NCBI GenBank assembly: GCA_963758525.1
Contig: CAVWVQ010000003.1
Coordinates: 2,944,001-3,008,000, forward strand
DNA from: an uncultured Phycisphaerales bacterium
GTDB lineage: Bacteria; Planctomycetota; Phycisphaerae; Tepidisphaerales; Tepidisphaeraceae
Length of the DNA: 64,000 bases
Reading direction: 5' to 3'
The notes beneath the pieces were generated by a model. The model did not search any database and was not told where the DNA came from. It was given only the letters and a program-made list of their open reading frames with translations. The translations under genes and the position numbers were made by a program. This document shows positions 30,639 to 40,400 of this stretch, piece after piece (the first letter of the stretch is position 1; the number at the start of each line of letters is the position of its first letter).

Positions 30639-31352
30639 ATGACAACCGCCGAACTAGCCGGGAAGATTGACCACACCATTCTCAAACCCGAGGCGCAGGC
30701 CGCCGAGGTGGATCGGATCATCGCCGAGGCGATCGCAATTCATGCCGCGTCGGTGTGCGTGTCCCCAGCCTGGGTGGAGCGCGTGGCGGAAAAATTGCGC
30801 GGCACTGGCGTGCTGACGTGCACCGTGGCCGGCTTCCCGCATGGAACGAGCCGGCCGGCGGTCAAGGCCTATGAATCGGCGCTCGCCATCAGGGAAGGCG
30901 CCGAGGAAGTCGACGTCGTCGCGCACCTTCCGCATCTTGCCAATGGCGATCTGGAGGCTGCCACGGCGGAGTTGACGGAGTTCGCCAAGGCATCCCGCGC
31001 GGTTCGGCAAGACGTTGTCCTTAAGGTGATCGTTGAATCAGCCTATCTGATGACGTTGGGCCCCGACCGCGGAGAAGCTGCCATCGCGCTCGCATGCCGG
31101 GCCGTACGGGAGAGCGGCTGCGATTTCATCAAGACCAGCACCGGCTTCCACCCCGCCGGCGGGGCCAGTGCCGACGCGGTCCGGCTGATGAAGAAGCACG
31201 GGGCAGGACTGCTGATCAAGGCGGCGGGCGGAATTCGCACGCTTGCCACGGCCGAGCAAATGCTCGCGGCCGGCGCCGATCGATTGGGAATGAGCGCATC
31301 GATCGCCGTGCTGGATGAACTTGGCAAGCGCCACATGCCGTCGGGGTCATAG
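30639..31352 (+). CDS. deoC: Deoxyribose-phosphate aldolase
   Basis: IDHTILKP, GFPHG, GA.EVD.V, KVIVE, FIKTSTGF, KAAGGIR, GADRLG.S. Confidence 0.95.
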   Translation: MTTAELAGKIDHTILKPEAQAAEVDRIIAEAIAIHAASVCVSPAWVERVAEKLRGTGVLTCTVAGFPHGTSRPAVKAYESALAIREGAEEVDVVAHLPHLANGDLEAATAELTEFAKASRAVRQDVVLKVIVESAYLMTLGPDRGEAAIALACRAVRESGCDFIKTSTGFHPAGGASADAVRLMKKHGAGLLIKAAGGIRTLATAEQMLAAGADRLGMSASIAVLDELGKRHMPSGS

Positions 31353-31457
31353 CCTCAGGGGAGTGGGCACTTTATTGTGGAGCAAGCTTTCACTCTGCCG
31401 CTCCAGAGCCTGCACCATCATCACAAGAACCCACAAATAGGGTTCCCTGGTATCTTT

Positions 31458-31512
31458 GTAGTACAGCCGTCCCGGCTGTGGTGAACATTCAGAGCCGAGA
31501 CGGCTGTGCTAC
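31458..31512. repeat. GTAG-type REP doublet (GTAGTACAGCCGTCCCGGCT...AGCCGAGACGGCTGTGCTAC)
   Basis: Inverted pair with GTAG/CTAC ends. Confidence 0.7.
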
Positions 31513-31682
31513 GTCAGGGGATTCCCGATCTTCGCTGCTCTATTTCCTGATACGCAAATCACTTGGAAGTAATTGATCATCTCCATTTGACAGCCGCGCC
31601 ACGCGGGGGCACCGGCGCTCTCACCTGAGCGCCATGACGCGCACGCTTTCAAACGCACGGCTCTGCCGTGAAGGAGATTCGC

Positions 31683-32624
31683 ATGCGAACCAACCAATCC
31701 CGCTGGCCATCAATAATGGCGGCAGCATGTGTCCTGGCCGCTACCGCCACCGCGGCTCACGCGCAACGATCGGGATTTACGCTGCTGCCCAATGCGCCGC
31801 AGCTTTCGCTGTCTCCCGATCCATCGGTCTCGGATGCCGCCGCTGCCGTCACGCCCGAGCAGCAGTTCGTCCAGCCGGTCAGCGATCCCTATCTGAATTA
31901 CGATTCTTTCATCTTCACCGACCTGCGCATGGAGTACGCCTATGCGAACTTCCAGTCCCATGGAGCGCTCGGCGGCGGCGATGCCCAGGTCATCGCGCCT
32001 CAACTCAACGTTGCCATCACGCCGCAATTGCAGCTCATGGCATACAAGGACGGCTACACGATCATCCGCTCCGGCGCCCTCAAGGGGGACGGATGGAATG
32101 ACATCGGCGCGGGCCTCAAATGGCAATTCCTGCAGGATTACCGAGATCAGCTGTTCGCAGCCGTCGGCGTCGGATACGAGTTCCCGACCGGCGAGAGCAG
32201 GGTGCTTGGAAACAAGGAGAACTTCCAGGTGTGGGTCTCCGCGGACAAAGGCATTGGCAACTTCCACCTCGGCGGAACCGTCAATTACCTGCAGGGGGAC
32301 GGTGAGCAGGGATTGTTTGGCACGGCCGAAGACCTCGCCGTGCATGTTCACGGCGATTATTTTATCGTGAACTGGCTCAGCTTCGTCGGAGAAGGCAACT
32401 ACTATCACCAACTGCGCGATCGTAACGCCGCGCTCCCTATTCAGGGCGGAGACCTCACACAACTGGGAGGCGGCAAAGGCGATGACATCGCCACCTTTGC
32501 GGTTGGATTCGAATTGCGTCCCGTCGACCATCTGGCCGTGCGGGCCGTCTACGAGCGCAACGTGCTGCATAACAGCGATATCTTCGACAACCGCGCGACG
32601 GTCTCGTTGATTCTTTCGTTCTGA
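31683..32624 (+). CDS. Putative outer-membrane beta-barrel (MetA-pathway/'transporter'-like)
   Basis: AAGGAG RBS; signal peptide; GWNDIGAGLKWQF, GYEFPTG; C-terminal Phe. Confidence 0.7.
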   Translation: MRTNQSRWPSIMAAACVLAATATAAHAQRSGFTLLPNAPQLSLSPDPSVSDAAAAVTPEQQFVQPVSDPYLNYDSFIFTDLRMEYAYANFQSHGALGGGDAQVIAPQLNVAITPQLQLMAYKDGYTIIRSGALKGDGWNDIGAGLKWQFLQDYRDQLFAAVGVGYEFPTGESRVLGNKENFQVWVSADKGIGNFHLGGTVNYLQGDGEQGLFGTAEDLAVHVHGDYFIVNWLSFVGEGNYYHQLRDRNAALPIQGGDLTQLGGGKGDDIATFAVGFELRPVDHLAVRAVYERNVLHNSDIFDNRATVSLILSF

Positions 32625-32648
32625 ACCACGCGGTGCCGCGGGCGAATC

Positions 32649-34870
32649 TCACTCTGCCGCCAGTGCTCCATCGAGCCGTAGCGGCTTGTCCCCGGCCAGC
32701 GGCAGGGTGATTTGCCTGTGCCTGTACTGAACGGTGCATGACGTCGGCGTTGGGCTGCGGAGCGTGAGGGAAGTCAGTTCGCCGCCTTTCCACGCGATAT
32801 CAACCTCTATGTTTCCCCGGGCACGCAGGCCATGCACGGATCCCGCGGGCCAGGCGGAGGGAAGCGCGGGAAGGATCTGAAGCGTGCCCGTCTGGCTCTG
32901 CAACAGCATCTCGGCGATGCCGACGCAGGCCCCGAAGTTGCCGTCGATCTGAAACGGCGGGTGAGCGCAGAATAGATTGCTGTAGACGCCTCCCCCGGCT
33001 CCATAGTTCATCTTCGCGCCTTTGCCGACGATGTGGAGAAAGTTGTGGAGGAGCGTGTGGGCGTGGTCGCCGTCGAGCAGGCGCGCCCAGAAGTTGATGC
33101 GCCAGGCCATCGCCCAGCCGGTGGAAAGATCGCCGCGATGGGTCAACGAGACGGCGGCGGCCTTGGACAGATCCGGCGTCGTCAGAGGTGAGATCTCCCG
33201 CCCCGGATACAGCGCGAACAAGTGAGAGACGTGGCGGTGCGTATCGTTGGGGTCGTCCCGGTCCGTCATCCATTCCTTGAGCTGTCCCCATTTCCCCACC
33301 GCCGGTTTGGCCAGCTTGTCGCGCATCGCCACCACCTCGGCGCGGAAATCGGCGTCACAGTCCAGCACCTTCGACGCTTCGATGCAGTTGTCGAACAGAT
33401 TCCAGACGATCTCCTGGTCATAGGTGACGCCCGGCTCCTCGGGGCCGTGCTCGGGCGACCAGCCGTCAGGGGTCACCAGCGTTCCGTCGGGAAGGGCAAT
33501 GAGGTGGTCCTGCCAGAATTCGCAGACCTCCTTCATCACCGGATAAGCGACATTGCGGAGAAACTCCTTATCGACGCTGAACGCGTAATGTTCCCAGAAT
33601 TGCAGGCAATACCAGGCCGAGCCGGGCGGATTCCACTTGAAGCTGCCCGCTCCGAAGATGTTGTTTTCCGTCTGCACGGTCCAGCCGCGAACCGACTTCT
33701 TCGGCACCGCCGGGGATTTCACGCCGTTGAGATAATACGCGTGAGTCTGCTCCTTTCGCACCTCGCGCAGCGAGTCGACATAAGTGAAGAACGGCATGGC
33801 GCATTCGGACAGATTCGTCTCCTCCGCGGGCCAATAGTTCATCTCGATGTTGATGTTGGAATGATAATCACACTTCCATGGCGGATTGTTCGAGTCGTTC
33901 CACAGTCCCTGCAGATTTGCCGGCAGCGCCGTACGCGATGAAGAGATCAGCAGATATCTTCCAAACTGAAAGAGCAATGCCTCCAGCGCCGGATCACCCT
34001 GCTTCGCATAGGCGATGAGCCGCTGGTCGGTCGGCAGCGACTCTGCCCCCGTCGGCGCCGCGCCAGATCGATCGCGACCCGGCTGAAGAGCTTCTGATAA
34101 TCCGCGACGTGCTCGGCCAGGAGCTGATCGAGCGGCATCTTCGCGGCCGCCTCAAGCCCGGCCGTCAGACGCGCATGCGGAGGATCACTACGCCAGTGCC
34201 TGGATCGCTGATTGATGTAGTTGGTTCGCGCATTGAAGAAGATGACAAAGCCGTCCGCATGATCGAGTCGGATTCCGTCACCGCCGGCCGAGAGCGTGCC
34301 GCCCTGATGGATGACGATCAGTTGCGATTCAAACTGCAGTCCGTTCTTGAGCGCGCCGCCGGCGGTGATGCGATTCCCCTCGGCTGTCGACGGATTGCCG
34401 TGCGCATCGGCAAATGTGATCAGCCCCGAATACGCGCCGGGCTTGTCGGCCGTGAACTGAAAGATCATCGCCTCCGCCGGATGGCTGGCGAAATAGCTGC
34501 GGCGATACGCGATGCCGTCGGCGTTGTATTGGACGCTCTGAATCGCTCGCGAGAGATCCAGTTCCCGGCGATAGCCGGACGCGGCGCCATGCGAAAGTTC
34601 AATCTTGATGTCGCCCAGACTCTGATATTCGCCGGTCGCGTTCTCGTCTCCTTCCCAGAGTGAGTCTTCGTTCACCTGCAGCCGCTCGTGCTGGGGATCG
34701 CCGAAGATCATCGCGCCGATCCGCCCGTTGCCGATCGGCATCGCCTGTGTCTGCCAATCCGCGGCCGGTTCGGTATACCACAATGCCAGCTTCACAGCGG
34801 GAGCGGATGGCGCAGCGTTCGCCGTCGCCCACATAACCAGGCTCGCGAGGATCGGGATCGCCAAAGACAC
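32649..34870 (-). CDS. Glycoside hydrolase family 95 (alpha-L-fucosidase); frameshift ~34060
   Basis: LWY..PA..W...PIGNG.IGAM, FQFGRYLLISSSR, NIN.EMNYW, SPEHG, HRHVSHL, FQIDGNFG. Confidence 0.93.
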
Positions 34871-35119
34871 TACTAAGTTGGAGTTCAGGAGTCGTTCCTT
34901 TCCGTTCCTTGCCCGGACACGGCGCGTCGTTGTGCAGGCGTCTCGCGCCGGAGCAGGCTGGAAGTCTGTCCTACAACTCGCGCAACCGGTTCGTCACAAT
35001 ACCCGGGTTCCGCCAGAGAACGTACCCGGCGAGATCATGGTCGTCGATGCTGTCAGTAGCGGATCTGACTGCCGATGGTGGGGCGATCCAACTGATCGCT
35101 TGATCGCCGCGTGCCGCTG

Positions 35120-35238
35120 TCACGAAATGGATCCCAGCGTCAGCACGAAAATCAGCGTCGAGTTCGCCGGAATCCATCCCTTGCGCGTCGCTCCGAATTC
35201 CCTGAGCCGGCGGGATCAGCACGATGCGTTCGCTGCTC
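35120..35238 (-). pseudogene. C-terminal remnant of an FKBP-type PPIase domain
   Basis: Reads SERIVLIPPAQG/[fs]/FGATRKGWIPANSTLIFVLTLGSIS*, matching the FKBP tail R.L.IPP..YG....IP.N.TL.F; no 5' part present. Confidence 0.55.
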
Positions 35239-35242
35239 CGGA

Positions 35243-35665
35243 TCAGGTGCAGACAAGGTCGGTTTCGACATTCGATTCTTCAGCAACCTTCAGAAGCTTG
35301 CGATAGGTTATCGTTGCAACATCTTCTGGACCGAGATCACTCGTCCACAGTTTTGCCCGGAAGAGGTGAACGAGACGCACCCGCCCGTCATGAATTTCGA
35401 TCTTGAACCCGGGCACCTTTTGCACCACGTCCCGGTAAAAGCGGGAGACGCTCTTGATGAGTGATCCGACAATTTCGTCGGTCTCGTGGCTATAGTATAC
35501 GGTGACAAGATCGTCGATGCGCTCGCCATAAAAGCTGTCTGGCTTGGCGATGAATTCGATGCAATCGCCGTCCGGGTCAAACGTCGCCGAGGGCTCGAAT
35601 GGCGGTGCCTTTTCAGCGAGCTTCAGCATGTGTTCCGCGAATTCCGCGCTGGACATGGCACTCAT
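35243..35665 (-). CDS. Hypothetical protein, DUF2283-like (candidate antitoxin)
   Basis: ATG overlaps the upstream stop (ATGA); ATFDPDGDCIEF...RIDDLVTVYYS..T.EIVG..I. Confidence 0.6.
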   Translation of the reverse strand: MSAMSSAEFAEHMLKLAEKAPPFEPSATFDPDGDCIEFIAKPDSFYGERIDDLVTVYYSHETDEIVGSLIKSVSRFYRDVVQKVPGFKIEIHDGRVRLVHLFRAKLWTSDLGPEDVATITYRKLLKVAEESNVETDLVCT

Positions 35666-36099
35666 CGCAGTCTCCGGTTGAAGCGTGTGGCATGGTCTAT
35701 TGGAAGCTGCGGATTGTCGGGGTCGCACTTCTCCCATCGCCAATTGTATGCTATTCGCTCATTGTTGATAAACACAAGGTACACTTCGTCTGGAAACGGC
35801 GGGCCTTTTGACCCATCGATCCGATAACTGCTTGCAGGCAGACCGCAGTAACACCGCCAGCCAGCTCCCGATTCGTAACGATCTTCGTCCTCGTCCAATC
35901 GGATGCCTTCGAAGACTGATGTGGGATCGAGCAGAATGCCGGGGAGAATATATGCACACTCGCTGGCCTGTACGATCCCCCGTCTGGCGACGGCGTGCAT
36001 TCGGCGGTACGAGATCTGGACCTTGTAGAACCGTCCGCTCTCGGGTTCGAGAGCGTCAAGAAGGATGTTATCGCGGCGCGATCCGCCAGCGGGAGCCAT
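35662..36099 (-). CDS. Hypothetical cytoplasmic protein (candidate BECR/RelE-like toxin)
   Basis: 145 aa; IL.DP..VFEG.R...GWRCY...VYLVFIN..RIAY.W; translationally coupled to 35243. Confidence 0.55.
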   Translation of the reverse strand: MAPAGGSRRDNILLDALEPESGRFYKVQISYRRMHAVARRGIVQASECAYILPGILLDPTSVFEGIRLDEDEDRYESGAGWRCYCGLPASSYRIDGSKGPPFPDEVYLVFINNERIAYNWRWEKCDPDNPQLPIDHATRFNRRLR

Positions 36100-36172
36100 C
36101 GCGCGTAAGGTACACGTCCCGAGGGATCTTGCAAGTTATCCACGAACCCAGGCGAGTTTGCTCTTTTCCCCT

Positions 36173-37429
36173 TCACTTCTGATACAGCGGCAAATACCGA
36201 TACGGCACGCACAGCGCCAGAACTGCCATCGACGTTCGGTACGCATCCCCCGCTTCCTGTTCCTGGCCGCTGCCGCCCGCGAAGCTGCCGTTGGGTTGCT
36301 GAAGCGTGAGCAGCGTGTCTCTCAATCTTGGATAGAGACTGGACCAGTAAGTTCCGCCAAGTTGATTGAGTGCCTGGGCATTGTAGTAGATGGCGTAGTA
36401 GTAGAACTCCATGCCGGGGTTGTCGGGCGGATTTTTGACGAGCCAGTCGCCGGCGGCTTTGGCCTCGGGGGAATCGTGCTGGCCGAGCAGTTCCATGGAG
36501 AGGATGCCGGTGCCGCTGCGGGCCTGGTTAGGGGGGCCTCCGGGTTGATAGCTGAACCCGCCGCCGTTGGCGGCGCTGCGGCGGACGTATTCCCGGCCGG
36601 CCTCGAGCGCGCTGCGGGGGACGGCCGCGCCGCAGTTGGCGGCGCCGCGAAGCGCCATCAGTTGCCACCCGGTGCAGGAGATATCCGAGTCGGGGCTTGC
36701 GGGCTGATAGCGCCAGCCGCCCTGGTATTGGGGAGCCTTCTGAACCGCCTGCGCGTCGAGCGTGAGCTTGACAGCTTTCGCCAACGCCTTCTCAATTTTC
36801 TCCCGGCGAGTGTCGTCGACCATGCCATAGACTTCCGAGAGCATCACGGAGCTGATGCCGTGCTCATACATGACCGCGTTGCCCCCCTCGGCTTTCGAGA
36901 GCAGGCCGCTGGGGCGCTGCATGCTGATCACATAATCGATCGTTCGATTGAGCAATTCGCCGTAGGGCCCCTGGCCCGGAACATTGCCGCGGGCGAGAAA
37001 CGCCATGACTGCCAGCGAAGGGACTGCGGTGGAGGATGCCTGACCCGCTTGCCAGGTGCCGTCGGGGCGCTGCGCATCTTTCAGAAAGAGCAGGGCACGA
37101 TCGACAGAATCGCGCACGTTGGCCGGCACCGGCTCGTCTTCCTCGGCACGCAAAAAGGGACAGAGGGTGAGAAAGACGATGAGGATAGGCACGAAGGGGA
37201 AAGGCACGGAGGGGAAAGGCACGAAGGCACAAAGGCACGAAGGCACGAAGGCACGGAGGTCGAGGGGAGCGTTTCCAGGTGCCCCATGTCGTCGTCGATG
37301 CGTTCGCTGCCTCCAAAATCCCACCTGATCTCTTCCCCCTTCCTTCCCTTCGTGCCTTCGTGCCTTCGTGCCTCCGTGCCTTTCCCCTCCGTGCCTTCGT
37401 GCCTTCGTGCCTTTAGCCATCATCATCAT
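36173..37429 (-). CDS. Prenyltransferase/squalene-oxidase-repeat protein (terpene cyclase/mutase-like), secreted; N-terminus encoded by repeat DNA
   Basis: QRPDGTW, MYEHG, GGWRYQP...SDIS.TGW..MAL, GGFSY, YYYA.YY, QQPNGSF. Confidence 0.85.
   Translation of the reverse strand: MMMMAKGTKARRHGGERHGGTKARRHEGKEGGRDQVGFWRQRTHRRRHGAPGNAPLDLRAFVPSCLCAFVPFPSVPFPFVPILIVFLTLCPFLRAEEDEPVPANVRDSVDRALLFLKDAQRPDGTWQAGQASSTAVPSLAVMAFLARGNVPGQGPYGELLNRTIDYVISMQRPSGLLSKAEGGNAVMYEHGISSVMLSEVYGMVDDTRREKIEKALAKAVKLTLDAQAVQKAPQYQGGWRYQPASPDSDISCTGWQLMALRGAANCGAAVPRSALEAGREYVRRSAANGGGFSYQPGGPPNQARSGTGILSMELLGQHDSPEAKAAGDWLVKNPPDNPGMEFYYYAIYYNAQALNQLGGTYWSSLYPRLRDTLLTLQQPNGSFAGGSGQEQEAGDAYRTSMAVLALCVPYRYLPLYQK
37187..37414. 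repeat. Inverted pair of AGGCACGA octamer arrays
   Basis: (AGGCACGA)n at 37187-37259 and (CCTTCGTG)n at 37347-37414. Confidence 0.9.
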
Positions 37430-40400
37430 TGCTGCTCCGCGGTTGCGCCATTTTCGGCTTGCTCGCGCGCGATCCTGACATAGTAGTTCTTGATCATCTC
37501 CCGATACGAAGCGGGCCCGCTTTGCTGGGCGGCGTTGAGCAGCTCTTTGCGCATCAGCGTGGGGAGCCGCGCCCAGTCGCCGGCGCTGATCCCCATTGAT
37601 TTCACGGCTTCGGGCGCGCCGCTGCCGCCGGCTTCCTGCGGAGCGATTCCGTTCACGGAAACCAGCGCGGGCATCGGAACGCTCGTCGGCTTGCCAGGCT
37701 TGCCCGGCTCCTGCCCGGCCGTTTGCGCATCATCGGGCTGTCCTTGGTGCGGCTGTCCGGGCTGCGCCTGCGCGTTGGCCTGGGCGGCTTGCCGCAGCGC
37801 GTTGGCCGCTTCCTGAGCGGCTTGCGGATTGGGCTGCAACGCCTGTGGCTGAACTGCCGCCGCCTCCTGCGCGGCTTGCGCCGCCTGCTGGCGCGCGTGC
37901 TCGGGAGTTTGCTGGGGCTGATCGGCACTCGCCTGATCTCCTGCATCGGGATGCTCGCCATCTGCGTGCCCCTGGGCGGCCTGGGCTTTCCCCGAATCCG
38001 GATGGCCCTGGTCGGAATCCGGGTGATCGTTGTTCGCATCCGAGTGCGACTGCTCGGCATCGGGATGCGCCGCATCGGCGTTGGCCTGCTCGGCGTGCTC
38101 CAGGCCGCGAAGAGCAGTCTGCGCCTGAGCCAGCGCCTGCTGCGCCGCCTCCTGATGCTCGGCGGCGTGCGGGGCGTCGCCGTGCTGCTCGGCCCCGGCG
38201 GCCTGCTGCTGCTCGCGCGCCGCTTGCTGCAATTGCTTCTGCGTTTCCGCCGCGCAATGCGCGACATCGCTGTCGTCGGCCTGATGCGCCTGCTGCGCCA
38301 GTGCGTCGGCCTGTCGCGCGTCCTGGTTTGCCTGGTCGGCAAGTTGCTGCTGTTCTTGCGCCGCCTGCTGTTGCGGCTCCGCGTTTTCGCGGGCGTGCGC
38401 TACCGCGGGCCGCTCTTCGTCGGCGGCGTGCGCAAGCGCGTCCTGCGCGGCGGCGAGCTGCTTCGCCTGTTGCGCGGCGTCGTCTGCAGACTGATGTTGC
38501 TCCGCTTTCGCTTCCGCCTGGTCGGCTTTGGCGTTGTCTGCCGCGGCGCGGGCGAGTTCCTTCGCCGCTCGATGCAGTTCCTGGGCCGCCTGGGCGAGAT
38601 CCTTCGTTGACTCGTGATGATCTGCCGCGTGTTCGGCGGCTTGCGCGTCCTGCGCCGCCTGCTCGGCATCGTGATGGGCCGCTTGTGCTTCTTCCTGAGC
38701 ATGCGGGTCGTTGGGGTGCAGTGCATCGGCCTGCTGCTCGATCGCCTGCGCGGCGGCGGCGACGTGCTGCTCTGCCGCGTCGTTCGCGTCCGGCGGGTCC
38801 GGCTGATGCGCGTCTCGCGCCAGCTCATCTGCCGCGTGGTTTGCCTGATCCTTTGCCTGTTGGGCTGCCTGGGCGTCTTGCTGGTCCTTTTGCTGCGCGG
38901 CCTGCTGCTCGGGCGTGTGGTTCGGGTCGTGCGCGGCTGCCTGCTGCTGAAGTTGCCGGGCATTCTGCCGAAGCTGATCGGCCTGCTGCTTCATCTGCGC
39001 GGCAGCATTGTCGGCATCGTTCCGGTTCAGCGCCGCGATAATGCTTTTCTGCTGATCCGCGTTGGGCGGCTGCGCTTGGGCCGCGTCCAGCGGCTGCTTC
39101 TCCTGCCGGGCAAAACGCTGAATTTCGTCGTTGAGCTTCTGCTGCTGATCGGCCAGCTTGTTGGCGCGATCCTGTGCCTGCTGAAGCTCGTCCTGCTTGG
39201 CGGTCTGATCCTGCTGGCGGGTCTGCTGATTTTGCAGATCGGTAATACGATTGGCCAAATCCGCCAGATGTTGTGCAACCTGCTGCGCGCGATCATCGCG
39301 CAGGGCGGGATTATGCTGCAGCGCCTCCTGCAGCTTCTGCATGGCCTCGCGCTGCCGTTCCTCGTTTCGAGCTTTCTGCTCCGGATGGTCGGCAAAACCC
39401 TTGGCGGCTTCCGCCTGCAGGTGTGCCGCCTGCTGAAGATCGCGCTGCGCGGCGGCCTGCTCGCGGGCCGGCTGAATGTCATTGCGAATCTGCTGCAGTT
39501 TGTCGCGCGCCTTGGCAATCTGCTGCTGCGCGGCAGCCGCCTGCTCGTTTCTCTGCTCAGGACGATCCGCCGCCAGCTCCGCTTTGGCCGCATCCTCCGC
39601 GGCATGCCGGATCTCCTGCGCGGCCACGTCATCAGCCTTCTTTGCCACGTCCGCAAAAGGTGTGTCGGCCTCGTGCTGCGCCTCGTCGTGCAGTTCTTTG
39701 CTCGCCTCAGCCAGATGCTGTTCGGCTGCCTGCGCGTTCTCGCGATTCTGATCGACCATCGGGTTGTTCGGATCGTTGTTGCGCAGCGCCGCGCTCCTGG
39801 CCTCGGCTTCGTTGAGCTTCTGGATCGCCTGATCCAGCGCGCGGTTTAACTCGCGGGCGGTGCGCTCGTCCTGCTTTTGGGTGAAGCTCTGCGCGTTGCG
39901 ATCGATGATGAGCGTCTGCCTCGCGGAAAAGGCGGACTGCGGATCGGGATCGCGGTTGTCGGAAGCCTTGAGCTGATAGGTAATGCGATTGGGATTGTCG
40001 GCGCTGCTCTGTGCGATGATCGAAGCAATGTCCAGCACAAACGTCTGTTTGATCTGGCGACGATCGCCGGCGGGCAGATGCAGCACGCGCTCCTCCGGCG
40101 GATTCTCGTCGGTTCCGACCAGCGCCACGATCGACGCGACGCCAAAGTCGTCCGTCGCCAGATACCCAACGGGAACGGTGTCGTCCGGACGAACCGTTTC
40201 CGATGCGCCCGGCGTAAGAATGCTGATCGTTGGCGGCTGATCAAAATGCGCGATGATGTTGCGAAGTTGGTTGTCCCGGTTCGTCAGATCAAATTCGTTG
40301 CAGAGCTGAATTCGATACTGCGCGCTGCGGCTGATGATGAAGCTTGCCTGATAGTCATTGCCCGTCAGCGGCGTCAGGGGAACCACCGTCCGCGTGGGCT

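Noticed and set aside
37187..37414. Octamer arrays as a CRISPR array
   Set aside because: The units are 8 bp with no unique spacers, and there are no cas genes.
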